DNA from: Thermodesulfovibrionales bacterium | GTDB taxonomy: Bacteria; Nitrospirota; Thermodesulfovibrionia; Thermodesulfovibrionales; JdFR-86 | Direction of reading: 5' to 3' | DNA: 64,000 nucleotides | Assembly: GCA_030682405.1 (NCBI GenBank) | Contig: JAUXOF010000038.1 | Coordinates: forward strand, 1,044 to 65,043 | Shown here: in pieces, positions 25,636 to 34,983 of the stretch | Position numbering within the stretch: the stretch's first letter is position 1 | Layout: every line of letters starts with the position of its first letter | Position numbers and translations under genes: made by a program | The notes under the pieces: generated by a model | Told to the model about the DNA's origin: nothing | The model's input: only the letters and a program-made list of their open reading frames with translations | Database searches by the model: none

Positions 25636-28386
25636 CTATTTTTTCTTCTTCTTAAGCAGTGCCTGTGCAGCCGCAAACCTTGCGATGGGCACCCTGAAAG
25701 GCGAGCAGCTTACATAGTCGAGCCCTATATTATAGCAAAACTCCACGGACTTCGGCTCTCCCCCGTGCTCGCCGCAGATGCCGATTTTGAGGTTTTTCTT
25801 TACCTTCCTGCCTTTTTCGACCCCCATACGCATCATGGCGCCGACACCGTTTATGTCTATGGAGATGAACGGGTCGTCCGTGAGGATGCCGTTTTCAACG
25901 TAAAAAGGCAGGAACCTCCCTGCGTCGTCCCTTGATAGGCCGTAGACCGTCTGCGTAAGGTCGTTTGTGCCGAATGAATAGAAGTCCGCATATTCGGCTA
26001 TCTCATCCGACGTCACGCAGGCGCGCGGAAGCTCTATCATAGTGCCCACGGTATAAGGCACTTTTATTTTATACCCCTTCTGCACCCTTTCGGCAACGGA
26101 GACGGTAAGGTCTCTCATCGCCTGAAGCTCCTTGACGTGCCCCACAAGCGGTATCATTATCTCCGGTATAACCTTTACCTTCTCCTTTACAAGCTCGCAT
26201 GCGGCCTCCATGACGGCCTGAACCTGCATCTCGTATATCTCGGGATAGGTCAGGCCCAACCTGCACCCCCTGTGCCCGAGCATGGGGTTGAACTCATGAA
26301 GGGATTTATTTTTGGCGTTTAACTGCTCAAAAGGCACTCCCATATCGGATGCCAGTTCCTCAAGCTCCTTATCCGTATGCGGGAGGAATTCATGCAGGGG
26401 CGGGTCAAGAAGCCTTATGGTCACAGGGAGGCCGTTCATCGCCCTGAATATCCCCATGAAGTCCCTTTTCTGTACCGGCAGAAGCTTGGCAAGGGCCTTC
26501 TTTCTCCCCTCAACCGTTTCAGAAAGTATCATCTCCCGCACGGACTTTATCCTGTCGGCCTCAAAGAACATATGCTCAGTCCTGCAAAGGCCTATCCCCT
26601 CGGCGCCGAAGTTCCTTGCCACTACGGAGTCGTTGGGTGTGTCCGCATTCGCCCTGACCTTCAGCGTCCGTATCTTGTCCGCCCATGTCATCAATTCCTT
26701 GTACCACGGGTTATGCTCTGGGTTGGCAGACAATAGGTCGAGCTTGCCTTCATACACCCGTCCCTTTGTCCCGTTGAGGGTTATCCAGTCCCCTTCTTTT
26801 ATGGTTCTTCCGTTTACATGGAATTCTTTTCTTGCGATGTCTATATTGAGCGCCGAACAGCCCACTATGCAGCACTTGCCCCAGCCTCTGGCAACGAGGG
26901 CCGCGTGGCTTGTCATGCCGCCCTTTGCCGTCAGTATGGCCTGTGCGGCATGCATTCCGTGCACATCCTCAGGCGATGTCTCGTTCCTGACGAGGATTAC
27001 CTTCTCTCCCCGCTTTGCCCAAGCCTCTGCATCATCGGCAGTGAATACCGCCTTCCCTATCGCTCCGCCCGGGCCTGCCGGCAGGCCCTTTGCAAGCTCC
27101 ACTGCCTTTTTTTCGGCAACCGGAGCCACGCTCGGGTGCAGAAGCTCGTCTATCTGGTCGGGCTTGACCCGCAGGACAGCAGTTTCTTTGGTAATCAGCT
27201 TTGACTTTGCCATCTCCACGGCCATGCGTATGGCGGCCTGACCGTTTCTCTTGCCCACCCTCGTCTGGAGCATCCATAGCTTTCCGTCCTCTACGGTGAA
27301 TTCGATGTCCTGCATGTCCTTGTAGTGTTTTTCAAGCTTTTTCTGGATGCCGAACAACTGTTTATAGATGGCGGGCATGTTTTCCTCAAGCGAAGACAGG
27401 TGCATAGTGTCTTCCGTCTTGCCAGCTTTGTTCACCGGATTGGGGGTCCTGATGCCTGCAACAACATCCTCCCCCTGTGCGTTCGGGAGCCATTCGCCGA
27501 AGAACACGTCTTCCCCTGTGGCCGGGTTGCGGGTGAAGGCAACGCCGGTTGCGGAATTGTCACCCGTGTTGCCGAAGACCATGGACTGGACATTGACAGC
27601 CGTTCCCCACTCTTCGGGAATTTTCTCGATTCTGCGGTACGATACGGCGCGCCTTCCCATCCATGACTGAAATACTGCGCCGATGCCGCCCCATAACTGC
27701 TCCATGGGGTTGTCCGGGAATTCTTTTTTGAGGGTGTGCCTGATGATGACCTTGAATTCGTCGGCAAGTATTTTGAGGTCCTCCACGGTCAAATCCGTAT
27801 CGTTTGAGTATCCCTTTTCCTTTTTCAGCCTCTCCAAAGCATGTTCAAGCTTCTGCCGGATGCCTATGCCCCCTTCCGGCTCTATCCCAGCCGCCTTTTC
27901 CATAACTACGTCCGAGTACATCATGAGCAGCCTGCGGTATGCGTCGTATACGAAACGTTCGTTGCCGGTTTTCCTGACAATCCCCGGGATTGTCTTTGTG
28001 GTCAATCCGATGTTAAGCACCGTCTCCATCATGCCGGGCATGGAACTGCGCGCACCGGAACGCACTGAAACTAAAAGCGGGTCATTGGGGTCTCCGAATT
28101 TTTTCCCTATAATCTTTTCCACTCTGGCCAGTGCGGCCTCGGCCTCTGCCTTAAGCTCGCGCGGGTATTTGCGGTTATTTTTGTAGTAAAGCGTGCAAAC
28201 TTCCGTGGTTATGGTAAAGCCGGGCGGTACAGGAATGCCGAGATTTACCATCTCGGCAATGTTTGCGCCCTTGCCGCCCAACAGGTTTTTCATGTCAGTC
28301 CTGCCGTCGGCCTTGCCCCCTCCGAAAAAGTAAACGTATTTTTTCTTTTTAGGGGCGGGGGGGTTAGAAGCCGTTTTCTTTGCCAT
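25636..28386 (-). CDS. ppdK: Pyruvate, phosphate dikinase
   Basis: GGKGANIAEM ATP-grasp motif, the phospho-His segment GGMTSHAALVARGWGKCCIVG, and C-terminal FGTNDLTQ and CGEHGGEP motifs. 916 aa. Confidence 0.95.
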   Translation of the reverse strand: MAKKTASNPPAPKKKKYVYFFGGGKADGRTDMKNLLGGKGANIAEMVNLGIPVPPGFTITTEVCTLYYKNNRKYPRELKAEAEAALARVEKIIGKKFGDPNDPLLVSVRSGARSSMPGMMETVLNIGLTTKTIPGIVRKTGNERFVYDAYRRLLMMYSDVVMEKAAGIEPEGGIGIRQKLEHALERLKKEKGYSNDTDLTVEDLKILADEFKVIIRHTLKKEFPDNPMEQLWGGIGAVFQSWMGRRAVSYRRIEKIPEEWGTAVNVQSMVFGNTGDNSATGVAFTRNPATGEDVFFGEWLPNAQGEDVVAGIRTPNPVNKAGKTEDTMHLSSLEENMPAIYKQLFGIQKKLEKHYKDMQDIEFTVEDGKLWMLQTRVGKRNGQAAIRMAVEMAKSKLITKETAVLRVKPDQIDELLHPSVAPVAEKKAVELAKGLPAGPGGAIGKAVFTADDAEAWAKRGEKVILVRNETSPEDVHGMHAAQAILTAKGGMTSHAALVARGWGKCCIVGCSALNIDIARKEFHVNGRTIKEGDWITLNGTKGRVYEGKLDLLSANPEHNPWYKELMTWADKIRTLKVRANADTPNDSVVARNFGAEGIGLCRTEHMFFEADRIKSVREMILSETVEGRKKALAKLLPVQKRDFMGIFRAMNGLPVTIRLLDPPLHEFLPHTDKELEELASDMGVPFEQLNAKNKSLHEFNPMLGHRGCRLGLTYPEIYEMQVQAVMEAACELVKEKVKVIPEIMIPLVGHVKELQAMRDLTVSVAERVQKGYKIKVPYTVGTMIELPRACVTSDEIAEYADFYSFGTNDLTQTVYGLSRDDAGRFLPFYVENGILTDDPFISIDINGVGAMMRMGVEKGRKVKKNLKIGICGEHGGEPKSVEFCYNIGLDYVSCSPFRVPIARFAAAQALLKKKKK

Positions 28387-28685
28387 TAGAAGCCTCCATG
28401 AATAATAATATTAGCCTGTTAAGATAACCTACTTACGGTCAAAATTTCAAGGGCAGAGGCACATGCTTATTAGCGATATTTTATAAAACAATGCCTGAAC
28501 ATATCTTAATTAAAACATTAAGTATAAACATCAAACTATCTAAATAATTTAATTTAATGGCTCAAGTTTTATCGTGAAATCAAAATTCAAATGCCATACG
28601 TATCCAAAAGAGTCTATTAAAAAATCAAATAGAAAGGCTCATAAAAAAGGGTTGTTGGTATGGCGTTAAGGGGAAATCCTATCCA

Positions 28686-30809
28686 TTATTTTGTCTTTGC
28701 CTCGTATACGCCGTCCCACCGGGTTCCATCGGGCACGGGAGGGTTTTCAATGAACTCCGCGCACCTTTCGGCATAGACCAGAGAGGTCTTATCTTTATAG
28801 CTTTCATAAAGGGATTTGAAAATCCCGCCTGCCTCTTTGAATTCCATTGCCCTGTAAAGACCGCGGGCTTCGTGAAAACGTTTTATCAGCGCCTCATTCT
28901 CGGTGATGGGCAGTTCGTATATCGTAACCGGCTTGTCCTTGCCCTTTACCTTAATCACGTCAAGCTCCCTGAACTTCAATTTCGGGTTTGCCTCGGCTCC
29001 CATGCCTTCAATATGACGCACGGCGAATTCGCTTACCACTATATGCGCCTTGTAGACCTTGCACATCCCCTCAAGGCGGGAGGCTAAGTTTACAGTGTCC
29101 CCTATGGCCGTGTAGTCGAACCTGACGTCCGTGCCCATGTTCCCGACAATCGCATCCCCGGTGTTTATGCCCACTCCGATGTCTATTTCCATAAAACCCT
29201 TCTCTTTGAAAGCTGCATTGAGCTCTTTCAGTTTCTCCATCATCCCAAGGGCGGTCTCGCATGCAAGGGCCGAGTGGTTCTCTATTGTAAGCGGCGCGTT
29301 ATATAACGCCATTATGGCATCCCCTATGTACTTGTCGAGCGTGCCCTTGTGCTTGAGCACAAGGTTTGTCATAGGCCCCAGATACTGGTTCAGAAGGAGG
29401 ACGAGGTTTTCAGGGGAAAGCTTCTCGGACATGGTGGTAAAACCTCTTATGTCGGAGAATAGGACGGTAATCTCCCTTCTTTCGCCTCCGAGTTTCAGTC
29501 TGTCGGGGTTTTTTATTATCTCGCCCACGAGGTCGGGTGAGACGTAGCTCGTAAACGCCTTCTTCATAAACCGTGATTTTTGTTCTTCCACAAGGTTTCT
29601 GTATGCCTCAGCGCCCAGATATGAAATTGTTATGGAGATAAAGGGAAAGAGCATGGAGGTGTTTAAAAGGTAGTCAGAAAAGAGCACATAGTCTATATAT
29701 GAATAAAGCCCTATTGTCAGGAGGAAAAAGAGCAGGGCGGAAACCGTTCTCCTTATGAAGCTCAGTATCAGGGTCAGCATGAGGGGGAAAAATATGATGA
29801 AAAACATCTCAAGACCTATCACGCGCCCGTCCCTTAACAGGAACCTCTGCTTAAGGACGCTTGAGGCGACGGTTGCATGTATCTCGACCCCCGGAAGCAC
29901 CGGGTCCACCGGGGTTGCCCTTACATCTGCAATCCCGACTTCCGTAGGCCCTATGAAGACTATCGCATCTTTGAGGCTGCCGGGCTTAAGCCTCCCCTTT
30001 ATCACATCCACCGCAGGCACCGTCCTGAATGCGCCCTGCCTGCCGTAATAATTCAGCGTGAGCCTGCCGGATTCGTCCGCCGGGATTTTTCTTGAGCCTA
30101 TCAGCAGCTTATCCACTCCGTAGACCGCTATCTCAAGGACGACTTCATTGCCAAGGTAATGGCGGAGGGCCTGTAAGGGCAGCGAAGGATAGACCTCGCC
30201 GTTATAGAGCAGAAGGAGGTTTGCAGCCCGTATCAGGCCGTCTTTGTCAGGGATGATGTTAAAGTAACCGGATGAATCGGCGGCCATGGATATGGGCGGT
30301 ATGTTGGTCTCCACCTCCGGATAGGCCACTATCGGGACTTCCTCTACGCCGTCGTGCATCTTCAGTATCTTTATCTTCGAGGGCTCTATCAGTTCGGGCC
30401 ATGAGACCTGGCTTTCCTCCTCGTGCCTGAAGTAATAGCCTGCAATCACGTTTCCGCTTTGCCTCATGGCATCGGAAAGCGCCATGTCCGAGCGGGAGTT
30501 GGAAGGCTCCGCAAAAATCATGTCAAGGGCGATGGTCTTTGCGCCGTAGACATTCAGGCCGTTTATGAGCCCTGCCATGACCTCCCTGTCCCACGGCCAC
30601 CTGCCGAGCTCGTTGACGCTTTTTGAATCTATGGCGGCTATGACCACCCTTTCGTCGGGCTTGACCTCTTCTCTGAGCTTAAGCCTGGCGTCCTTGAGCT
30701 TGAGGTCTATCCCGCTTAGGAACTCTATCTTGCCCCTGTAAAGGGCAAGGGTGGCCGATGCCGCAATGATGCCTATGAGCAGGGATATGAGGATACGGCG
30801 GAGCTTCAT
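28686..30809 (-). CDS. CHASE2-domain class III adenylate/guanylate cyclase
   Basis: N-terminal TM and an extracytoplasmic CHASE2-like region, three TMs, then a cyclase domain REITVLFSDIRGFTTMSE...GDAIMALY...INTGDAIVGNMG. Confidence 0.85.
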   Translation of the reverse strand: MKLRRILISLLIGIIAASATLALYRGKIEFLSGIDLKLKDARLKLREEVKPDERVVIAAIDSKSVNELGRWPWDREVMAGLINGLNVYGAKTIALDMIFAEPSNSRSDMALSDAMRQSGNVIAGYYFRHEEESQVSWPELIEPSKIKILKMHDGVEEVPIVAYPEVETNIPPISMAADSSGYFNIIPDKDGLIRAANLLLLYNGEVYPSLPLQALRHYLGNEVVLEIAVYGVDKLLIGSRKIPADESGRLTLNYYGRQGAFRTVPAVDVIKGRLKPGSLKDAIVFIGPTEVGIADVRATPVDPVLPGVEIHATVASSVLKQRFLLRDGRVIGLEMFFIIFFPLMLTLILSFIRRTVSALLFFLLTIGLYSYIDYVLFSDYLLNTSMLFPFISITISYLGAEAYRNLVEEQKSRFMKKAFTSYVSPDLVGEIIKNPDRLKLGGERREITVLFSDIRGFTTMSEKLSPENLVLLLNQYLGPMTNLVLKHKGTLDKYIGDAIMALYNAPLTIENHSALACETALGMMEKLKELNAAFKEKGFMEIDIGVGINTGDAIVGNMGTDVRFDYTAIGDTVNLASRLEGMCKVYKAHIVVSEFAVRHIEGMGAEANPKLKFRELDVIKVKGKDKPVTIYELPITENEALIKRFHEARGLYRAMEFKEAGGIFKSLYESYKDKTSLVYAERCAEFIENPPVPDGTRWDGVYEAKTK

Positions 30810-31870
30810 TTATCTATTATGCCAAGGATTGTGTCCACGTTGTTTACATGTTTTCCGCCGGGATATTCCCTTTTGTACTGAAGAAGCCTTTCCTTGGCCT
30901 GCGCCTTGAACCCGAGTTCGTAGAGGGTCATGCCGACAAGATAGAGTGCGGTTTCCCTCTGCGTTCCTGAGGGGTATTCCTCAAGCACGAGGAGGTATTC
31001 CGAGAGCGCGGCCTCGGAGTTTCTTAGAAACCGTGAATATACAGCGCCCCTTTCAAGCCTCGCATCCCCTCTGAGTTCCGGCAGGCTTGTAAGGTCGAGG
31101 GCTATCTGAAAAACATAAAGCGCATCGTCGTATTTGCCGGAGTCGGCCAGATAGTGGCCGTGGTTGATATTCCACCTTGCGATTATGTGGGGCAGGTTGC
31201 CCGAGGCCTCCCAGTCAGAGGGCGGGGCTGCTGCGGTTATATTCTCAAAGCCCTTCTTTGCCTCATAAAGAGGGGTGCCGGGCTCGACCTTTACTGTGTC
31301 GGTCGGGATGTAGCCCCGTGTGTTCTGAACCATGGTGTCTGCGCTGAGAGCTTTATGGGACGCGGCGTCTCCTGAGACATCGGCACTGCCCTCGTTGCCG
31401 AAAAATACGTTGGCAGGCCCCTCGGTCATTATCATGAACTCCGTGCCCCTTACGCCCGCGACCGCTGTCGGGCTTTTAACCTTGTAATTGACCTTCTCTC
31501 CGGCAAGCCTTGTAACAGAGGCCCTTAGTTTTCCCTTTGTAATGCTGAATACGCCGTCCTTTTTGCCTTTGCCTATGACGAACTCGGTTATCTCAAGCTC
31601 GGTGCCGTTGGCAAGGGTGAGTTTGCTTCCGTCTGAAAGCTCTACAGATGCCCATCCGTCAGTACCGGTCTTTATCCAGTAACCCTGCTCAAGCTGGGTG
31701 TCCTTTTTTGCGGGCTGATACGGGATGTTGTTCATCTTCCGGTAAGAGACCTCTCCGCTTAACTTTGCGATTTTGCCTGCAGGGCTTCCCGCTGCCCATG
31801 ACGGTGCGGCAAAAAACAGCGCTGCAATGAAAACCACCAGTAACCGCTTAATAAGAATATTAAAGGACAT
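30806..31870 (-). CDS. Secreted FecR-domain protein with C-terminal TPR-like repeats
   Basis: Signal peptide. FecR-like beta region (GYWIKTGTDGWASVELSDGSKLTLANGTELEI). The stop overlaps the cyclase start. Confidence 0.7.
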   Translation of the reverse strand: MSFNILIKRLLVVFIAALFFAAPSWAAGSPAGKIAKLSGEVSYRKMNNIPYQPAKKDTQLEQGYWIKTGTDGWASVELSDGSKLTLANGTELEITEFVIGKGKKDGVFSITKGKLRASVTRLAGEKVNYKVKSPTAVAGVRGTEFMIMTEGPANVFFGNEGSADVSGDAASHKALSADTMVQNTRGYIPTDTVKVEPGTPLYEAKKGFENITAAAPPSDWEASGNLPHIIARWNINHGHYLADSGKYDDALYVFQIALDLTSLPELRGDARLERGAVYSRFLRNSEAALSEYLLVLEEYPSGTQRETALYLVGMTLYELGFKAQAKERLLQYKREYPGGKHVNNVDTILGIIDK

Positions 31871-31938
31871 ATTCAGCCTCCTTGTTCAGTGCTTAGATTA
31901 TACATCATAAGCAGACGGTGTTAAAGGGAATTTTCACG

Positions 31939-32961
31939 TTATAAATCCCCTTGCGCCTTCTTAAAAAGCCCCTCCATCTTTTTCGTTTCCCCGGCTATTT
32001 CCCTCAATGTGCGTGCAAGGGACGGGCGCCCCATCTCCTCGGCTTTTGAAGCCCACTCCAGATAGGTCTCCGCATGTTCGGCATTATGCTCATCCCAGTG
32101 CCCAAGAAGTATTTTAAGCCTGCCTGTGTCCGTCAAAGGGCTTTCATCAGTCTCCTTTGCCGGGGCGGCCTCTTCATGCTCGTGCTCGTGAGCGCCCCAG
32201 TGGCTGTGCTCGTGCTCATACCACGAGTGCCTGTGCAGGTGCTTATGGATAAGATTGGCCTTAAGCAGGGAGTCGTGGTCTTCGAGCGCCTCCCACGGAC
32301 CGGCCTCAAGCAGCACCCTGTGGTCCTCTCCGATTACGATTGTCCTGTCCGAGATGTCCCCGATTATGTGCAGGTCGTTTGTGGCCGTGATTATCGTCTT
32401 TCCCGCCTCCCTCAGGCCGATGATGAGGTCTGTTATCTCCACTTGGCTCCGGGGGTCAAGCCCTGATGTCGGCTCATCGAGGAGCAGAACATCGGGGTTT
32501 GTGCTCAGGCATGTGCCGAGGGCGACTTTCTTCATTTCCCCGCCGCTTAAGTCCCAAGGCCCCCTGTCTTTAAGATGCCCTATGCCGAGCATCTGCGAGA
32601 TGTCCTCCGCCCTTTGCCCTGCCTCTTTTATGCCAAGCCCGAGTTGGAGAGGGCCGAAGAGGAGTTCGTCCCACACGCTCAGCGAGAAGAGCTGGGCATG
32701 GGAGTTTTGAAAGAGGAGGGAGACCCTCTGCCTGAGCCACAGGGGATAACCGTCCTCTATCTCCGCGCCGAATGCGAAGATTTTACCGGATTCGGGCTTT
32801 ATAAGCCCGTTTAAGATATAAAGCAGGGTGGACTTTCCAGAGCCGTTAGTGCCTATTATGCTCAGGCTTTCCCCACGAGACACGGTGAACGAGACGCTGT
32901 CCACAGCCTTGGCCCTGTTCAGGTAGGAATAAGAAACGTCTTTAAGCTCCAGTACGTTCAT
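31939..32961 (-). CDS. cbiO: ECF/CbiO-type transporter ATPase with a 102-aa His-rich C-terminal extension
   Basis: Walker A GTNGSGKST, signature LSGGEMKK, Walker B LLLDEPTSGLD. Tail HKHLHRHSWYEHEHSHWGAHEHEHEE. Start set at the ATG 32961 (MNVLELKDV), which overlaps the cbiQ stop (ATGA). Confidence 0.85.
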   Translation of the reverse strand: MNVLELKDVSYSYLNRAKAVDSVSFTVSRGESLSIIGTNGSGKSTLLYILNGLIKPESGKIFAFGAEIEDGYPLWLRQRVSLLFQNSHAQLFSLSVWDELLFGPLQLGLGIKEAGQRAEDISQMLGIGHLKDRGPWDLSGGEMKKVALGTCLSTNPDVLLLDEPTSGLDPRSQVEITDLIIGLREAGKTIITATNDLHIIGDISDRTIVIGEDHRVLLEAGPWEALEDHDSLLKANLIHKHLHRHSWYEHEHSHWGAHEHEHEEAAPAKETDESPLTDTGRLKILLGHWDEHNAEHAETYLEWASKAEEMGRPSLARTLREIAGETKKMEGLFKKAQGDL

Positions 32962-33923
32962 TTCCCTCTTTCTTTTCCCGGGGCCTCTAATGTGCATCCC
33001 CTTGACTCCATTGCCATCTGGAGGTCCCTGCTGAGGTTGAGGCTTATCGAAAAGAGCATTCCCATTCTGGATGCCGCCCATGCCCTTGCGCCGGAGGCCG
33101 TGCCTCCCTTTGCGCCGGGGCTTGCAGCCTTTCCGTCTTCCGATGCCCCTGATATGTTTCTTGACCTGTAAGCCGTTATGAATTCCTCAAGCCTCTTTAA
33201 GAGGAAAAATATATACCTGTAGCTTATGGAGAATATGGATTTAAGCGTGCCGGGAAGGAAGAACGAGACCGCCTTTATGAGTTTTGCAGGCGGTGTGGTC
33301 AGTGTCTGAAGAAATACGATTAGGACCGAGGCCGTGACCCTGAGGACGAGGGTAAGGGCGCTTGTGAGGCCGGTTTTTGTAACGGTTATCTCCTGAGGGA
33401 TGGATATAGGCCCGAGTTTATAGGCGCCCTTCAGCGTAAAGAGCGTGGCAATGCCCTCGCCGCGGACCACAAGGTTAAGCACGGAAGGGGCTGCTATAAA
33501 AAGTGTAAATAAAAAAACAGGAAAGATTTTTCCGAGGAGCGTTGTCAAAGGTATGCGGGACAGGATTGCCAGCAACAGGGACAGTGAAATGAAAGCCGCA
33601 AGGCCGGCGGGGTGTTTTTGGATGCTTATGGCGAAAATTAAAACAACTGCGGCTGACAGCTTTAACCTGGGCTCAACCCTCTGGAGAACCCCTTTTTTTG
33701 CCGAGAGTTTTTCATTGAAAAGGGCGTCTTTAATAAAAGAGACCGAATGCCTGAGAGTCCTGTCAAGAAATTTCTCTTTCGGCTGCGCCCCCTTCCGCCG
33801 GGGCTTGTAGCCCTTTCGCCGGGGCTCGTAGCCCCTTTCGCGCGTGGCCGTGCCCCTTTCGCCGGGGCTCGTAGCCCTTTCGCCGGGGGCCGTGCCCCCT
33901 TTAAGCCAGTCAGGTATTTCCAT
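32958..33923 (-). CDS. cbiQ: ECF transporter transmembrane (T) component CbiQ with an unusual repeat-containing N-terminal extension
   Basis: The VEPRLKL segment (DPRxK-type) and the TM profile fit CbiQ. The first ~55 aa are heptad repeats. An internal start (the TTG of LDRTL) cannot be excluded. Confidence 0.7.
   Translation of the reverse strand: MEIPDWLKGGTAPGERATSPGERGTATRERGYEPRRKGYKPRRKGAQPKEKFLDRTLRHSVSFIKDALFNEKLSAKKGVLQRVEPRLKLSAAVVLIFAISIQKHPAGLAAFISLSLLLAILSRIPLTTLLGKIFPVFLFTLFIAAPSVLNLVVRGEGIATLFTLKGAYKLGPISIPQEITVTKTGLTSALTLVLRVTASVLIVFLQTLTTPPAKLIKAVSFFLPGTLKSIFSISYRYIFFLLKRLEEFITAYRSRNISGASEDGKAASPGAKGGTASGARAWAASRMGMLFSISLNLSRDLQMAMESRGCTLEAPGKERGK
33783..33887 (-). repeat. 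Five imperfect tandem 21-bp units (encode PGERATS/PGERGTA/TRERGYE/PRRKGYK/PRRKGAQ)
   Basis: The (c)ctttcgccggggctcgtagc-like unit recurs at about 21-nt spacing, at the 5' end of the cbiQ ORF. Confidence 0.8.
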
Positions 33924-34275
33924 TTTTACCGTTTAGGGTTTGTGCCCTGTTTTTTGTGAGAATCTTTCCCAATGCGTAAGCGATTAAAACTACGAGCAGA
34001 ACGCCGATTATGCCTGTAAATATGTACGATGCATATCCCCTGAAGCCTTCTTCCCATCCTCTTACAGTGTAGTCGGGAAAGGGCGACTTCCAAAATTCCG
34101 AAAGCCTTCTAAGCCCTTCCGGGACATAGCCGGAGATTTTCTCTATCTCATCTGGTCCCCACTCGCCCCATGCGCCTCCTGCCTTGAAAAGCTCAGGCAG
34201 AAGCAGTCCGATGGGGCTTAAGAGAATCATTACGATGATGCCTATCCAGAGTTTTTTGGTTTCCGGGACTTTCAT
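33910..34275 (-). CDS. PDGLE-domain small membrane protein (CbiN-position component)
   Basis: An N-terminal TM, a GEWGPDEIEKISGYVPEGL segment resembling the PDGLE motif, and a C-terminal TM. It sits between cbiM and cbiQ with overlapping stops and starts. Confidence 0.55.
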   Translation of the reverse strand: MKVPETKKLWIGIIVMILLSPIGLLLPELFKAGGAWGEWGPDEIEKISGYVPEGLRRLSEFWKSPFPDYTVRGWEEGFRGYASYIFTGIIGVLLVVLIAYALGKILTKNRAQTLNGKNGNT

Positions 34276-34949
34276 CTCATCTCCTTAATGAGCTCGGGAT
34301 GCGATTTATTGATATACGAGAGGACTAAAACCGTGACCGCCGCCTCCACAAGGCCGAACAGCACAAGGTGCTCTGTCATTATGACGGGGATTGTAAGGCT
34401 CAGAGGAAAAGGGCTGTAAAGCGGCCTTCCGTCCGGCCCTGTATGGAGCGCTGTTTGTATCCCAAGTTCAAATGCCGTAAGAAACGCCGCAATGTTTATC
34501 CCGATATAAGCGCCTGCGCCCGCTCCGAATAGTTGTCTCTTTAATGACGCATCCCTGCCTTTGGCTATGACCCTGTAGACGGCATAGCCTGAGAGTGTTT
34601 CTGCAAAGGCAATGTTGAAACAGTTTGCGCCCATTGCAGTGATGCCGCCGTCTCCGAACATGAGGGCCTGTATCATTAGCGCCACGGAGACGGCCATAAC
34701 AGCGGGCCACGGCCCTATGAGCACGGCTATAAGCACTGCCCCGGTTGCGTGCCCTGTAGTGCCTGCCGGGATTGGGACATTGAACATCATTATCACGAAG
34801 CTGAAGGATGCGGCAAGCGCAAGGAGCGGGACCTCGGATGCCTTCAGAGTCTGTTTAATCTTCCTTGAGGCGTAAAACCAAATCAGGGACATCGCAAGCC
34901 AGAGGCTTCCGTATGTGACCGGGCCGAGGTATCCGTCGGGTATGTGCAT
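34272..34949 (-). CDS. cbiM: CbiM/NikM-type substrate-capture component of a Co/Ni ECF transporter
   Basis: The N-terminus MHIPDGYL is the hallmark metal-binding start of CbiM/NikM. Multi-TM. Confidence 0.85.
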   Translation of the reverse strand: MHIPDGYLGPVTYGSLWLAMSLIWFYASRKIKQTLKASEVPLLALAASFSFVIMMFNVPIPAGTTGHATGAVLIAVLIGPWPAVMAVSVALMIQALMFGDGGITAMGANCFNIAFAETLSGYAVYRVIAKGRDASLKRQLFGAGAGAYIGINIAAFLTAFELGIQTALHTGPDGRPLYSPFPLSLTIPVIMTEHLVLFGLVEAAVTVLVLSYINKSHPELIKEMR

Positions 34950-34983
34950 GTTTAAAACCTCACAAAGTTCTTTTCATCATGGG

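Noticed and set aside
28387-28685. The 300-bp AT-rich region upstream of ppdK as a possible sRNA or riboswitch locus.
   Set aside because: I could not identify a promoter/terminator pair, a conserved riboswitch core or a stable structure by eye. It is most simply the ppdK promoter/UP region. Covariance-model scanning would be needed.
32962-33081. A 40-aa N-terminal extension of cbiO (ORF-track start at 33081).
   Set aside because: The extension overlaps the cbiQ 3' end and is Gly/Pro/Gln-rich. The ATG at 32961 overlaps the cbiQ stop (ATGA) and begins the standard MxxLELKDVSYSY ABC ATPase N-terminus.
34950-34983. Cobalamin riboswitch or NikR operator upstream of cbiM.
   Set aside because: Only 34 nt separate the clpB stop from the cbiM start. 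This is far too short for a B12 riboswitch (about 150-200 nt), and no palindrome is present.
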